Assembly (NCBI GenBank): GCA_963665115.1 | Contig: OY762007.1 | Span: 8,192,001-8,256,000 of the forward strand | Source: an uncultured Rivularia sp. | Lineage (GTDB): Bacteria; Cyanobacteriota; Cyanobacteriia; Cyanobacteriales; Nostocaceae | Length of the DNA stretch: 64,000 nucleotides | Reading direction: 5' to 3' | Shown here: piece by piece, positions 53,658 through 64,000 of the stretch | Layout of the letters: each line of letters opens with the position of its first letter | How positions within the stretch are numbered: the first letter of the stretch is position 1 | Translations under genes and position numbers: made by a program | The notes under the pieces: generated by a model | Seen by the model: only the letters and a program-made list of their open reading frames with translations | What the model was told of the DNA's origin: nothing | Databases searched by the model: none

Positions 53658-55154
53658 TTACCTATTACCCATCACCTTCTTCCCAACTTCAGTAAGAAGA
53701 ATCAAAACTGGGATGATTTCTAATCTTCCCATCCACATAAATATAATCAAAATTAGCTTTCCCAACCAAGGTAATTCGGGAGTGGTGATACCAACTGATA
53801 AACCTACACTTCCTAAAGCTGAGGCAGCTTCAAATAATACATCGCTCAAACTGTAGTCTGGTAAATTTAGCTGTAATAAAACAAATACGCCAATAATTAA
53901 TATTACTATCCACAGAAAGCCTAAAATTGCTGCTGCTTCTATCCGACGAGAGGCTTCTGTTTCATTGACAATTTCACCGTCGAGTTTGTAGCGCATTGAG
54001 TCATGAGATTTCAATGAAATTCTGCGGAATCTCCAAACTGCTCCTTTACACAAAAATACCAGTCTATTTAACTTAAATCCACCAACGGTAGAACCCGCAG
54101 TACCACCGACAATCATTGCTAAAGTTAATAATAGTTTAGCGCTGTCACCCCAATCATATAAACTAGTAGTATTAAATCCGCAAGTTCCAAAAGCAGAAGC
54201 CCAGTGAAAAACTGTATCTAACCACAAAGGTGAGCCAAAGGAACTGTAATTTATTAAACCTAAAAACCCAATTCCGCTAACTAATAAAAGCCACAAGGCT
54301 TGATGTTGATTATCGCTCCATAATGCCGATAAACGTCCTTTAGTTAATAATCGATAGTGAACCGGAAAGCTAATAGCTCCGATAATCATAGTTGGGATAA
54401 CAGCCATTTGAATTATCGGAGAATAAGCACCGATACTATCATCTTTAACGCTGAATCCTCCGGTAGACATTCCTGCCATCCCATGATTTAATGCTTCCCA
54501 CCAAGGCATTCCCGCAATTCTAAATATAAAAATACTGCCGACTGTATATAGTAAATAAATCCACCAGATATTTCTTGCTGTAGCTTGTACGTTAGAGGCA
54601 ATTCTTTTATCCCTTCCTTCACTAGAATAAAGCTGATAGGCATCGGTAGTAGGTTCCAAAAGCGATATAACCAAAACAATAACTCCTACACCACCAATCC
54701 ATTCCATAAAACTTCGCCACCACTGCAAACTATGGGGTAATTGACTAGCACGAACTGCAACTGATAAACCAGTGCTAGTAAATCCAGAAAAAGCTTCAAA
54801 TAAGGCATTCCAAGGGTTTTGAAAATTAAGGATAGTTTGAGGTGTTTCCGGAGAAGCTGCCAAATTAGAGGCTATCATAAATAACGGAAATGCCCCAATA
54901 ATCGGTATAATCAACCAACATAAGGCTACAGTAATCATAGCGTGGCGAATTTTACTTTCTTCAGCGCCAGGAGAAAATAAACGGTATAGCAATTGTCCGA
55001 TTATTAAAGGTGCAATTCCGCAGATTAAAAAAGGTAAAATTGCATAATATTCACCCCATAGCAAACAAACAATTATTGAGAATAAAGCCATTATTCCCGG
55101 TACGTGAAGAAATAAACCGATATCGCGAAGAATGGTTTTAGTATAAGGACTCAT
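53658..55154 (-). CDS. trkH: Trk-type K+ transporter membrane subunit
   Basis: Four pore loops (SGFTSTG, MSTGGF, FGTCGF, LGSVG), GSTVGGFK, MWMGRLE. Confidence 0.92.
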   Translation of the reverse strand: MSPYTKTILRDIGLFLHVPGIMALFSIIVCLLWGEYYAILPFLICGIAPLIIGQLLYRLFSPGAEESKIRHAMITVALCWLIIPIIGAFPLFMIASNLAASPETPQTILNFQNPWNALFEAFSGFTSTGLSVAVRASQLPHSLQWWRSFMEWIGGVGVIVLVISLLEPTTDAYQLYSSEGRDKRIASNVQATARNIWWIYLLYTVGSIFIFRIAGMPWWEALNHGMAGMSTGGFSVKDDSIGAYSPIIQMAVIPTMIIGAISFPVHYRLLTKGRLSALWSDNQHQALWLLLVSGIGFLGLINYSSFGSPLWLDTVFHWASAFGTCGFNTTSLYDWGDSAKLLLTLAMIVGGTAGSTVGGFKLNRLVFLCKGAVWRFRRISLKSHDSMRYKLDGEIVNETEASRRIEAAAILGFLWIVILIIGVFVLLQLNLPDYSLSDVLFEAASALGSVGLSVGITTPELPWLGKLILIIFMWMGRLEIIPVLILLTEVGKKVMGNR

Positions 55155-55372
55155 TTAACTATTAGTAGTTAGCAGTTAGCAGTTAGCAGTTATCCGTCTG
55201 AGAATACTTATATAAATTGATATGACAATATTAAGCTTGATTTCTATTTACTGAAACCAACTAAAGATTAAAATGTACTTTTTTAAATCTATCTTAAGAC
55301 TTAATATTGGGAGTTAGGAATTAGGAGTTATAAATTTAAAAATATTAATTGCTCGCTGCTCACTGCTCACTG

Positions 55373-55870
55373 TTAAATGTCTTCATACATTTGTCTGTGT
55401 TTGACTAAAAGCTGTATATATTTTTCGTTGTTTTTCGCTTGCTGCCATTTTTCTTTAAATATTGCTGCCGATTCTGCTTTTACGGGATCGACTTCATTCG
55501 GTAAAATCTCTTGACGTAATTTTGTTTCTTCTTCTTTTGAACTAGCTTTTTGCGGATTGCTGCGATATTTCTTACCGCTTTTATGATTAGCATATCGACG
55601 CGCACGGGTATAGCCCATTTGTAAAAACTTTCGTGCCATATCCGCACCGATGAAATCATCCTGACTCAGATAATCTAAAAATAATTGATAAATTTTATCG
55701 CTCGATTCTTTAGCAATATCCGGCGTTTTAAACCGCCAATAAGGTAAAACTTCTGATTTATACGGCTCTACCATTAATACTCCCTGTTCTCCTTTTCCTA
55801 CGACATAAAGTTCGGGAGACTGACGAAAATCTATATTTTTATAATCCAATGAATAATCAAACTTTTTCAC
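55373..55870 (-). CDS. DUF4385 family protein
   Basis: GKGEQGVLMVEPYKS...WRFKT...DMARKFLQMGYTRARRYANH. Confidence 0.85.
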   Translation of the reverse strand: MKKFDYSLDYKNIDFRQSPELYVVGKGEQGVLMVEPYKSEVLPYWRFKTPDIAKESSDKIYQLFLDYLSQDDFIGADMARKFLQMGYTRARRYANHKSGKKYRSNPQKASSKEEETKLRQEILPNEVDPVKAESAAIFKEKWQQAKNNEKYIQLLVKHRQMYEDI

Positions 55871-56048
55871 GATTAGAAGTAGGAGCGATGAGTTAGGAGT
55901 TATAAATTCAAAACTATTAACTGAAAAAGGGAAAAGGCATAGATTACCTTCTCCCCTGCCATAGTTACCTATAGTTTACGTAGCAATGGATTTTAGATTG
56001 AACAAGATTTCCTCGTTAAGGTTAAAGAAAATCCAAAATCGAATTTAC

Positions 56049-56742
56049 TTATACTTTCTCTTTCATTGGATCTGCGATGTAGCGGAAGTTCTCATCAGAG
56101 TTCCAAGGGGCCGCGCTCATCTTTTGCACCGTCACTAGACAAGTTGTAATAAAGGTCTACAGTAGAATCAGGTTGGATATTACCGAAGAATGGATCGGTC
56201 AATTTACCCATAGAATCCAAGGCTTTCATAAACATCTTGGTGTGGGAGATTTCCCGAGTCAACAGGTGTACTAAAGTTTGTTTGGTACCTTGATCTGGTG
56301 CTAACTCAATCAATGATTCGTAAGTAGTACGCGCACCTGCTTCTGCTGCGATGTTTGCACGTAAATCGCGCACCATGCTACCACCTTCATTCAAGTAAGT
56401 TGCAGTCCAAGCAGAACCTTGTGAATCTAAGAAGTGTGGCCCTTTACCGCGTACTGCAAATAAAGTACTTTTGAATGCATCGGTTTGGTCTACATTATCG
56501 GTATGCATTTCGATCAGCTTACCAATCATTTCTAAGTGGCTAAACTCTTCGGTGGCAATATCTTGCAGCATATCTTTGATACCTGCATCTTCGGTGTGGA
56601 AAGACTGCACCCAGTATTGTAAAGCGGCGGAAAGTTCTCCAGTTGCACCACCAAATTGCTCTAGTAAAAGTTGAGCAAAACGGGGATCGGGTGCGTCAAT
56701 CTTTACTTCTTTTTCGATTAATTCTTTCTTATGGAAAAACAT
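56049..56742 (-). CDS. katB: Manganese catalase; apparent +1 frameshift at 56107-56110
   Basis: EQFGGATGEL, EEFSHLE, AAEAGA, REISH. Removing one base gives ...ERGPWNSDENFRYIADPMKEKV* (230 aa). Confidence 0.93.
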
Positions 56743-57114
56743 TAAATATGTTCCCTCTCTTTTTCGGACAGCATTAATAAGATTTGATTCAGCTATTTAA
56801 ACAAAACTGAAGAACCATTTCTTTTTCTCTTCTCTATTCACGATATTAGGCGATACTGCCTTCATAAAACCTTTATCGCTGGGTAGATAATGAGATTAAA
56901 TTTTTTATATACAAAGAAGTAGAGATAAGCTAAACAGAAGGATGATTCAATAAAATTTTAGTTAGAGCAGCAAGCTTTTTTTTTGGTTTATTTTTGATAA
57001 TTCGTAGTAAAATTACATCTCCAGCTAGATTTATTTATTTTAATTATTGTCCAAAATTAATAAATATCGAATAACATTCGTAAGTCCCATATTACCAAGC
57101 CACCGCAGTTTACT

Positions 57115-58095
57115 ATGAGTCGTAGAAAAGCTTGTCTAATTTTCAACCCTGTTGCTGGTAACACTGACTCCGAGCAAGAATTAGAGAGAGTAAAAGAACT
57201 TTTATCTCCTCAATTCGAGTTAGATATTCAATTTACTACAGAAGAAGTTGGGGCATATAAATTAGCTGAGGAAGCTGTAAAAGAAGATTTTGAAATTATT
57301 ATTGCTGCTGGTGGTGATGGTACGCTTTCCGAAGCGGCTAGAGCTTTGGGGGAGACAACTATTCCTTTGGGGGTAATTCCTAGAGGTACTGCTAATGCTT
57401 TTGCTTCTGCTTTGGGAATTCCCGATACTTTAGATGAAGCTTGCGAAACTATTTTATCTGGCAAAACTCGTCGGATTGATATTGGTAGATGCAACGGTAA
57501 ATTAATGATGTTGTTAGCTGGAATCGGTTTTGAAGCGGAAACTATAGAAAATGCTTCCCGAGAGGCAAAACAACGCTGGGGTGCTTTGGCTTACTTGGTT
57601 TCGGGAATACAGCAACTGCGGGAAATCGAACTATTTGATGCTGAAATTGAAACCGATGACAAAATTATTAAGGTTTCTGCTGGTGCTTTAACCGTAGCAA
57701 ATGCAGCACCACCAACATCGATATTAGCTCAGGGTCCTGCTGGTATCCTTTATGACGATGGCTTGCTTGATATTACTATCATTTCATCTAATACTTGGGC
57801 TTCCGCGATCGCAGCTTCCTATCACCTGCTACAGTCGGGTTTGCGAGGAGATGCAGCCAAACGCGATGACATTGGTTACATCAGAACTAAGCGCGTAAAA
57901 ATCACCACAGATCCACCACAGAAAATAGTTTTAGATGGCGAAATGATTGGTAATACACCTTTGGAAGTAGATTGCGTTCCCGGTGGTTTAACCGTGATGG
58001 TACCCATGTTACCTGCGGAGAAAATATCTGAAAAATTGGAAGGTTTACCAGATTTAGAAATTGAAGAAAAATCATCGAAAGTTGCAAATGAGTAG
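57115..58095 (+). CDS. YegS/Rv2252/BmrU family lipid (diacylglycerol) kinase-like protein
   Basis: NPVAG, AAGGDGT, PRGTANAFA, LDGE. Confidence 0.92.
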   Translation: MSRRKACLIFNPVAGNTDSEQELERVKELLSPQFELDIQFTTEEVGAYKLAEEAVKEDFEIIIAAGGDGTLSEAARALGETTIPLGVIPRGTANAFASALGIPDTLDEACETILSGKTRRIDIGRCNGKLMMLLAGIGFEAETIENASREAKQRWGALAYLVSGIQQLREIELFDAEIETDDKIIKVSAGALTVANAAPPTSILAQGPAGILYDDGLLDITIISSNTWASAIAASYHLLQSGLRGDAAKRDDIGYIRTKRVKITTDPPQKIVLDGEMIGNTPLEVDCVPGGLTVMVPMLPAEKISEKLEGLPDLEIEEKSSKVANE

Positions 58096-58548
58096 TCGGA
58101 AGAATAGTTAGAGCCAGCAGAAAAAGTAAATCTAATTAGATTGATTTGAATTTGAGTTCAGAAAGTTAAATGAAGTGTTCAAGTTCAAATCTTTATATAT
58201 TTTTTTACTTATAAAATCTATTAACTATTGATAACTTAAAAAAAATATTGTCAGAGCTTTTTCTATAAAATCATATAATACTTTCTAGAGAATAAACATA
58301 TCTTGAGTCAGATTAAAATCTCATACTTAAGAAATATTTACGATCAATTTTATATTAATCTAAATCATCTTGTAGAGAGAGTCATAAAGTTACAAATATT
58401 TTAATAATTAAGCAGCGTGCAATAATTAATCTGTTCAAAACGGGTTGTGCTAGCAATAATCTATGTTAGTTTCTCAAAAATGAGTCTATTAATTTCTAAT
58501 AGTAGCAACGAATCAGAAAATATAGAGGTATAAATAATTACAATTATT

Positions 58549-60151
58549 ATGAATTATAAAGATATAAGAGTAGCAAATGTAAAAGACTTGAGAAACGGCG
58601 AAATGCGTCAAATCTCTGTGGAAGATAATGAGATTTTACTTGTGCGAGTAGAAGATGAATTTTTTGCCACAGCAGCACATTGTACCCATTACGGCGCACC
58701 TTTAGAAAAAGGCGTATTGAATGGAGAAAAAGTAGTTTGTCCCTGGCATAATGCTTGTTTTGGGATTAAAAGCGGTAAATTAGAAGAGCCACCCGCGCTT
58801 GATGCTTTACCTCGTTTTTCTGTCAGAGTAGAGGGAGAAGATTTAATCGTACAGCTACCTGAAGAAATCCCTGCTCAACGCATACCAGAAATGGCGAAAT
58901 ATAATCCCCAAGCGGATAATCGCACGTTTGCGATTTTGGGGGCTGGTGCTGCGGGAAGTGCTGCGGCTGAAACTTTGCGTCAGGCGGGTTTTACAGGCAG
59001 AGTTGTGATGTTGACTAATGAAGATATATTACCTTATGACCGTACTGCTCTAAGTAAAAAGTATTTGCAAAACGATTCAGCAAAAGATTCTTTAGTATTA
59101 CGCTCTTTAGAGTTTTATAATGAATGGGATATTGAAGTTTATTCTCACAAATCGGTAACAAAGGTAGAAGCAGCAAAGAAGACTATTACTTTTGAAGATA
59201 ATACGACTTTAGAATACGATGCTTTATTAGTTGCGACTGGCTGTAAAGCACGTAATTTAAAAGTACCTGGTGCAGATTTAGATCGTATATTTACCTTACG
59301 ACAGCCAGAAGATGCCGATAAAATTATAGCTGCTGCCGAAAATGCTAAAACTGCTGTAGTCGTAGGTTCCAACTTTATTGGTATGGAAGCGGCTTCAAGT
59401 TTGACTCAGCGCGGTATTAAAGTAACTGTAGTCGCACCGGGAAACGGTACCTTTTGAGAAGATTCTCGGAGGTGATATAGGTGCCATGTTTCGCAAACTG
59501 CACGAAGCAAATGGTGTATCTTTCCGGATGGGAACCAAGGTAAAGCAGTTTGAGGGTAATGGTAAAGTTGAAACTGCGATATTAGAAAATGGCGAAAGTT
59601 TGAATGCAGATTTAGTAATAGTTGGTATTGGTGTTGAACCCGTTACCGAGTTTTTGCAGGGAGTAAAGTTAAATGACAAGGATAATAGCATAAATGTAGA
59701 TGAATATTTGCAAGCAGCAGATAATACATATGTAGCTGGAGATATTGCTCGTTTTCCTTACGCTGCAACGGGAAAACCCACTCGCATCGAACATTGGCGG
59801 TTAGCGCAACAGCATGGGCGTATTGCAGCTCGTAATATGATTGGAGAGAAAATCAAATTTGCCAGCGTTCCTTTTTTCTGGTCGGGGCAATTCGATGTAA
59901 AATTACGTTATGCCGGACATGCTGAAAATTGGGATGATATTATCATTCAGGGTAATTTAGACGAGCAAGAATTTCTCGCTTTTTACGTTAAGGATAATCA
60001 AGTTTTAGCTGTAGCTGGCAGTCAGCATGATAAAGATATTGCTGCTATTACCGAATTAATGCGTTTAAGTCAAATGCCTCAAGGTGATGAGGTGCGTAAA
60101 AGTAAGATTAATTGGGTTGAGAAAATGAATTCTCAGCAATTGGTTGCTTAG
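58549..60151 (+). CDS. Rieske [2Fe-2S] plus FAD/NAD(P) reductase fusion (AIF-like); apparent +1 frameshift at ~59439-59444
   Basis: CTH...CPWH Rieske motif, GAGAAG, VAGDIA, IEHWRLA, VPFFWS; ~533 aa when repaired. Confidence 0.9.
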
Positions 60152-60220
60152 GAATTGGGGATTGGGCACGGGGCATTGAATTAATATTTAGTTTCAATGC
60201 CCGATTATCAATTCAAATAT

Positions 60221-61066
60221 CTAATTCCCCTTTTGTAACTGCGTTTCTAATTCCCGTACTCGCTCAACAGGTAACTCAGTTATTTCTGCAACTACTTCTA
60301 CACTCATTCCTTTCCGCAGCGAATTCATTGCGATTTTTTCAGCTTTTTCTATTGCCCAACTAGTTACAATTTCCATATATCCCTCTTGCTCATCATCGGT
60401 TAATCCCATTGTATCGATAGTGGTTTGAAATACTTCTGTCTCTTGAGCATTCAATCGTAAATAAGTATCCACAAACCCAGAAATTAATTGCATTCGCGCC
60501 GGATCTAATTGTAAAGTGAGTAATAATCTCAAACATTCAGCTTTTACTCGTGGACGTTCAGAAGGTGCAATATTCATCTTGCTCATCAAAGCCGCTGCAA
60601 CTGGGTTTTTTTGGGTTAAATAATCTCTCCAACTCAATTGATTTAACTGAATTGCCGCAAAGTTGAATTGCAATACATCTAAAGTCGGAAAAGTAACGCT
60701 GTAATTGCAAGGCTCTGGGCGCTTTGGCTCATCAAAGGAAAATATTACAATTGGATAAACGGGTAAATCGTAATTTTCATGCAGTCGCGCAAAATACTGA
60801 AACATCCGCTTTGTCAAAATAGACTGAGTATAAGATTGCGCTTCAACGTGAATTAAAAAGAAAGTGTCTTCTTGTCGATATTTCACTTTTGCGAGTAAAT
60901 CAATTGCCTTTTTCTCTCCGGAAGTCACATCTGTCAAAACTTCTTGTGGTAAAAATTGAATCGTATCTCGATCGATATCTTTTAGAACATCTGGCAAAAA
61001 TAAATCAAGGAATTCGACAAAAAAAGTTGAAATTAATTCTTTAAATAATCGATCGTGGTCAACCAT
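60221..61066 (-). CDS. Rpn family (PD-(D/E)XK recombination-promoting nuclease / putative transposase-like) protein
   Basis: DHDRLFKELI, IDLLAK, IHVEAQS, RMFQYF, C-terminal GMSVEVVAEITELPVERV. Confidence 0.88.
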   Translation of the reverse strand: MVDHDRLFKELISTFFVEFLDLFLPDVLKDIDRDTIQFLPQEVLTDVTSGEKKAIDLLAKVKYRQEDTFFLIHVEAQSYTQSILTKRMFQYFARLHENYDLPVYPIVIFSFDEPKRPEPCNYSVTFPTLDVLQFNFAAIQLNQLSWRDYLTQKNPVAAALMSKMNIAPSERPRVKAECLRLLLTLQLDPARMQLISGFVDTYLRLNAQETEVFQTTIDTMGLTDDEQEGYMEIVTSWAIEKAEKIAMNSLRKGMSVEVVAEITELPVERVRELETQLQKGN

Positions 61067-61300
61067 TATACACCCACCATTTAAAGTAGCTTTTATATAT
61101 TCACATAAAATTATTTTTGTACCTATTTAATATTTATTGCTATAAAAAAGTTAATATAAATTACTAAATATTAACCTTAAAATAACTTGATAATTTATCT
61201 CGCCAGACTAACAATTCTATATCGCCAGATGGATTATTTAAGTAATTTAAACAAACTAATATTTAGAATACGGTAATATAATTATTAAAGGATATTATTA

Positions 61301-62302
61301 ATGAATACCTTGCGACACTTTCCGATTATAGGCACATCAATAATAACAATCAGTTTAGCAATAAGTGCAGCAATTCCATTAGTAACTAATGCTCAATCTT
61401 CTTCTCCTCAATCAACATTTCCCGATGTAGCACCTGATTACTGGGCGCAACCGTTCATTAAAGGTTTAGCAGAAAGAAAAATTATAACCGGATATCCCGA
61501 CGGTAGATACAGACCAAAACAGGCGTTAGATAGAGATGAATTCGCTGCTATAATTCGTAAAGCTTTTGACCAAGATAAAGATAAACAAATTACAAGCGGT
61601 TCTGTATATAAAGATGTTCCCCAAGGTTATTGGGCAAGTCAAGCAATTGAGGAAGCCGTAGAAGAAGGGTTTTTATCCGGCAATGAAAATCAATTCCGTC
61701 CCCGTCAGGAAGTTAGTAAGTTAGAAGCAATTAATGCTTTAATGAGAGGTTTAGATTTAAGTTATCAAGCAAATCCTGTAAAAACTTCCGCGATTACTCC
61801 AAACACTCCTACAATTATTCCTCCATATATTAGAAGAAGAGTAGCGAATAGAAAAAGAAAGCGTTTGATGTTGCCAATCGGGATTACTTCTTTGATGCAG
61901 CCTTTACTTATTAAAAGAGCTAATGCTGCCAGAATGCCCAAACCGATGAATAATAACGTCGGAAATAATGCAGCAGGGGTTAATAATTCAACTGCGAATA
62001 ATTCTAAAGACACTACAATTACAGCGACAGCACCATTAACAGCAACATCTATAGTTCAACAAGCTTACAAAGATGCCGATAAAATTCCTGAAAGTGCCGT
62101 TCCTAGAGTAGCAGCAGCAACTACCAAAAATATCGTTGTTAACTATCCTAACAGCAAAATTCTGAATCCCAATCGGGCAATAAGTAGGGGAGAAACAGCA
62201 GCTTTAGTTTATCAAACAATGGCTGCTCAAGGAAAAGTACCTCAAATTGAAAATGATGCGGTGGCGAATAAATTTATTGTGAAAGTTGAGGAAAATAAGT
62301 AA
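61301..62302 (+). CDS. S-layer homology (SLH) domain protein
   Basis: Signal peptide, FPDVAPDYWA...GYPDG, YKDVPQGYWA, PNRAISRGETAA. Confidence 0.9.
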   Translation: MNTLRHFPIIGTSIITISLAISAAIPLVTNAQSSSPQSTFPDVAPDYWAQPFIKGLAERKIITGYPDGRYRPKQALDRDEFAAIIRKAFDQDKDKQITSGSVYKDVPQGYWASQAIEEAVEEGFLSGNENQFRPRQEVSKLEAINALMRGLDLSYQANPVKTSAITPNTPTIIPPYIRRRVANRKRKRLMLPIGITSLMQPLLIKRANAARMPKPMNNNVGNNAAGVNNSTANNSKDTTITATAPLTATSIVQQAYKDADKIPESAVPRVAAATTKNIVVNYPNSKILNPNRAISRGETAALVYQTMAAQGKVPQIENDAVANKFIVKVEENK

Positions 62303-62335
62303 TTTTGGTTATTGGTAATTATCAATTATCAAATT

Positions 62336-62548
62336 TAGTACTCCGCCACATAAGTTCTAAGGGGTAAAAGTAGTGCGTTAGCGCAGCGTGTCCGCGAGGG
62401 ACATACATCTTGCTCGCTAGCTACTACGAGGGAGCATCTTGCTCGCTGGCTATTACGAGGGAGCATCTTGCTCGCTGGTTGTAACGAGGGAGCGAGACGC
62501 TCCCACTACGAATAATCTACCCCTCAGAATTAATGTGGTGAAGTACTA
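62336..62548. mobile_element. TA-flanked MITE (copy B) with internal 29-bp tandem units and an SDR insertion
   Basis: TIRs TAGTACTCCGCCACATAAGTTCTAAGGGGTA / TACCCCTCAGAATTAATGTGGTGAAGTACTA; ACGAGGGAGC recurs at 62426, 62455 and 62484. Confidence 0.85.
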
Positions 62549-62751
62549 CTGCTTTCCTGGCAAAAGATTACCGATAAAAAAAACCGCAGAGTACGCAGAG
62601 TACGCAGAGGAAAGAGAGAGAGATAATTATAGAGCGAGTTGGAAGTAATATTTAGATAGGATTGCGACAGGAAAATTGTCAAAATTAAAAGTTAGAAGTT
62701 TTTAATTCCTAACTCCTAACTTCTAATTGTTAATTCTTAATTCCGAACTTC

Positions 62752-63477
62752 TTAATTAATCGCAAAAGGACCTTTCTTATCATTAATCATTGCTTGCCAA
62801 GTGGTACTACCAACGATTCCATCTGCTCTTAATTTAGCTCGATTCTGCTGAAAAGATTTTACCGCAGAAGCAGTAGCACGTCCGTAGATTCCATCAACTT
62901 GCCCAACGTAAAATCCTTGCTGCTTAAGGTATGTTTGTACATCTCTTACGGCTTGCCCTCGACTACCAACCTTTAACATGGGTGCAGTTGCAGGTGAATA
63001 TTTGCCCAAGTATGCAAAACGAGTGGGTGATGTACGTTTATCTAAATCTATTAGTGCTTCCCAAGTTTTGGAATTTACAACACCAGTTGCAGGTAAATTT
63101 CTAGACCTTTGAAAACTTACTACGGATGAATACATTCTAGGACCGTATATTCCATCCATTTTGCCGTAGTAGAATTTATTTTGATTTAATAACAACTGTA
63201 CATCTTTAACGGCTTGCGATCTACTACCGCGTCTTAATACTGGTGCAGAAGCTGGTTGATATTCAGTCATGTTACCATCAGCAACCGCTACGATTCTTCG
63301 TTGTGCTGTTGCAGTTCCAGCAAAAGGTACGGTAGTTAAGGCTATAGCGGATACTATTCCTAAAGGTAATAGAACTATTTTTGTAAATTGGTTACTCATT
63401 TGTGTCTCCTTTCTTCTGATAAAAACTTTTTTTCTTAAATTATTTAAGTGCAAAATGGTTACTTGTAATTTCAGCAA
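62752..63477 (-). CDS. Exported peptidoglycan-binding domain protein (two PG_binding_1 domains); start probably at MSNQFTK
   Basis: LRRGSRSQAVKDVQ...DGIYGP and LKVGSRGQAVRDVQ...DGIVGSTTW. Confidence 0.88.
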   Translation of the reverse strand: MLKLQVTILHLNNLRKKVFIRRKETQMSNQFTKIVLLPLGIVSAIALTTVPFAGTATAQRRIVAVADGNMTEYQPASAPVLRRGSRSQAVKDVQLLLNQNKFYYGKMDGIYGPRMYSSVVSFQRSRNLPATGVVNSKTWEALIDLDKRTSPTRFAYLGKYSPATAPMLKVGSRGQAVRDVQTYLKQQGFYVGQVDGIYGRATASAVKSFQQNRAKLRADGIVGSTTWQAMINDKKGPFAIN

Positions 63478-63815
63478 TAAATAGAAGTTTATAGAATATA
63501 TCTCTATTTATCTAATTTTTTCTCACGATCAAAATTAATTAAGATAATCTTTACTCTTTTTAACAGTTGCTTGAAAAAAATTTAATTTTGTTTTTTTTTG
63601 AGACTGAACTTTTTTAACTTGATTATATAGTAGAACAAAACAAACTTATACCGTATAGGTCGTCAGTTATAATTATTATTCTTCCAATTCAGTCTAAAGA
63701 AATAATTGTATGATTATTAACTTGATATATGGATATTAATTAGGAAATAATTAAAAACCCGATATTGTTTAACAATACCGGGAATAATCTCTAAAATATA
63801 ATTCAGATTTCGACC

Positions 63816-64000
63816 TCAAACTTCAGCAAAGGCAAAATCTGGTTCAGCCATCACGTACATAATTGTCGGAAGATTGGCAGTACGTGCGTGCATCTGTTCG
63901 TAGTATTCGGTAAAATCTCGGTCTGTGGGAGTTGCCATTCCTAAAAATATGATGTCTGCATCTTGGGAAGATTCGTGTAGTACAGTTTCAAAGGAACGAT
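63816..64000 (-). CDS. C-terminal fragment of a probable amino-acid permease / cation-chloride cotransporter (SLC12-like)
   Basis: Manual translation RSFETVLHESSQDADIIFLGMATP...LPTIMYVMAEPDFAFAEV*; the 5' part lies outside the window. Confidence 0.6.
   Translation of the reverse strand, partial: RSFETVLHESSQDADIIFLGMATPTDRDFTEYYEQMHARTANLPTIMYVMAEPDFAFAEV

Noticed and set aside
62406..62500. 29-bp periodic repeats as a CRISPR array
   Set aside because: Units are contiguous with no unique spacers, lie inside a MITE, and no cas genes are nearby.
62439..62648. 69-aa ORF
   Set aside because: Translation of MITE and 9-mer repeat DNA.

Overview
AT-rich chromosomal window from a filamentous, probably heterocyst-forming cyanobacterium (Nostocales-like), judged from frequent HIP1 octamers (GCGATCGC), heptameric STRR repeats, and STRRs inside the P12 helix of rnpB. 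The first ~29 kb is mostly conserved cyanobacterial genes: an HisKA_3 kinase divergent from an Omp85 gene, corA, rnpB-rnc, psb32, ppk2, a peroxiredoxin, sipA, cbiX with a cobalamin riboswitch and lysC. It also holds a two-domain methyltransferase plus GNAT pair and many MITE, REP and very small dispersed repeats. From ~29 to 64 kb is a stress and ion-homeostasis region. Its signalling genes are an NarL/OrrA-like regulator, three paralogous Cph1-type kinases with different sensors (PAS, CHASE3, ethylene-receptor-like), two Rcp1-like receivers, two REC-HK hybrids, a further single receiver and two DUF2294 genes. These lie among csbD, glsB, psb35, a glucose dehydrogenase, a universal stress protein, Mn-catalase katB, trkH, a Na/Ca exchanger and an SLC12-like transporter, and several share a candidate CnnnAGATAGA upstream motif. 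Nine genes are split by single +1 insertions in short homopolymers, most likely sequencing errors. A tenth (Omp85) is split by a 22-nt element inserted inside a HIP1 site. No tRNA, rRNA or CRISPR array was seen. All family assignments are by-eye motif recognition, not database searches.
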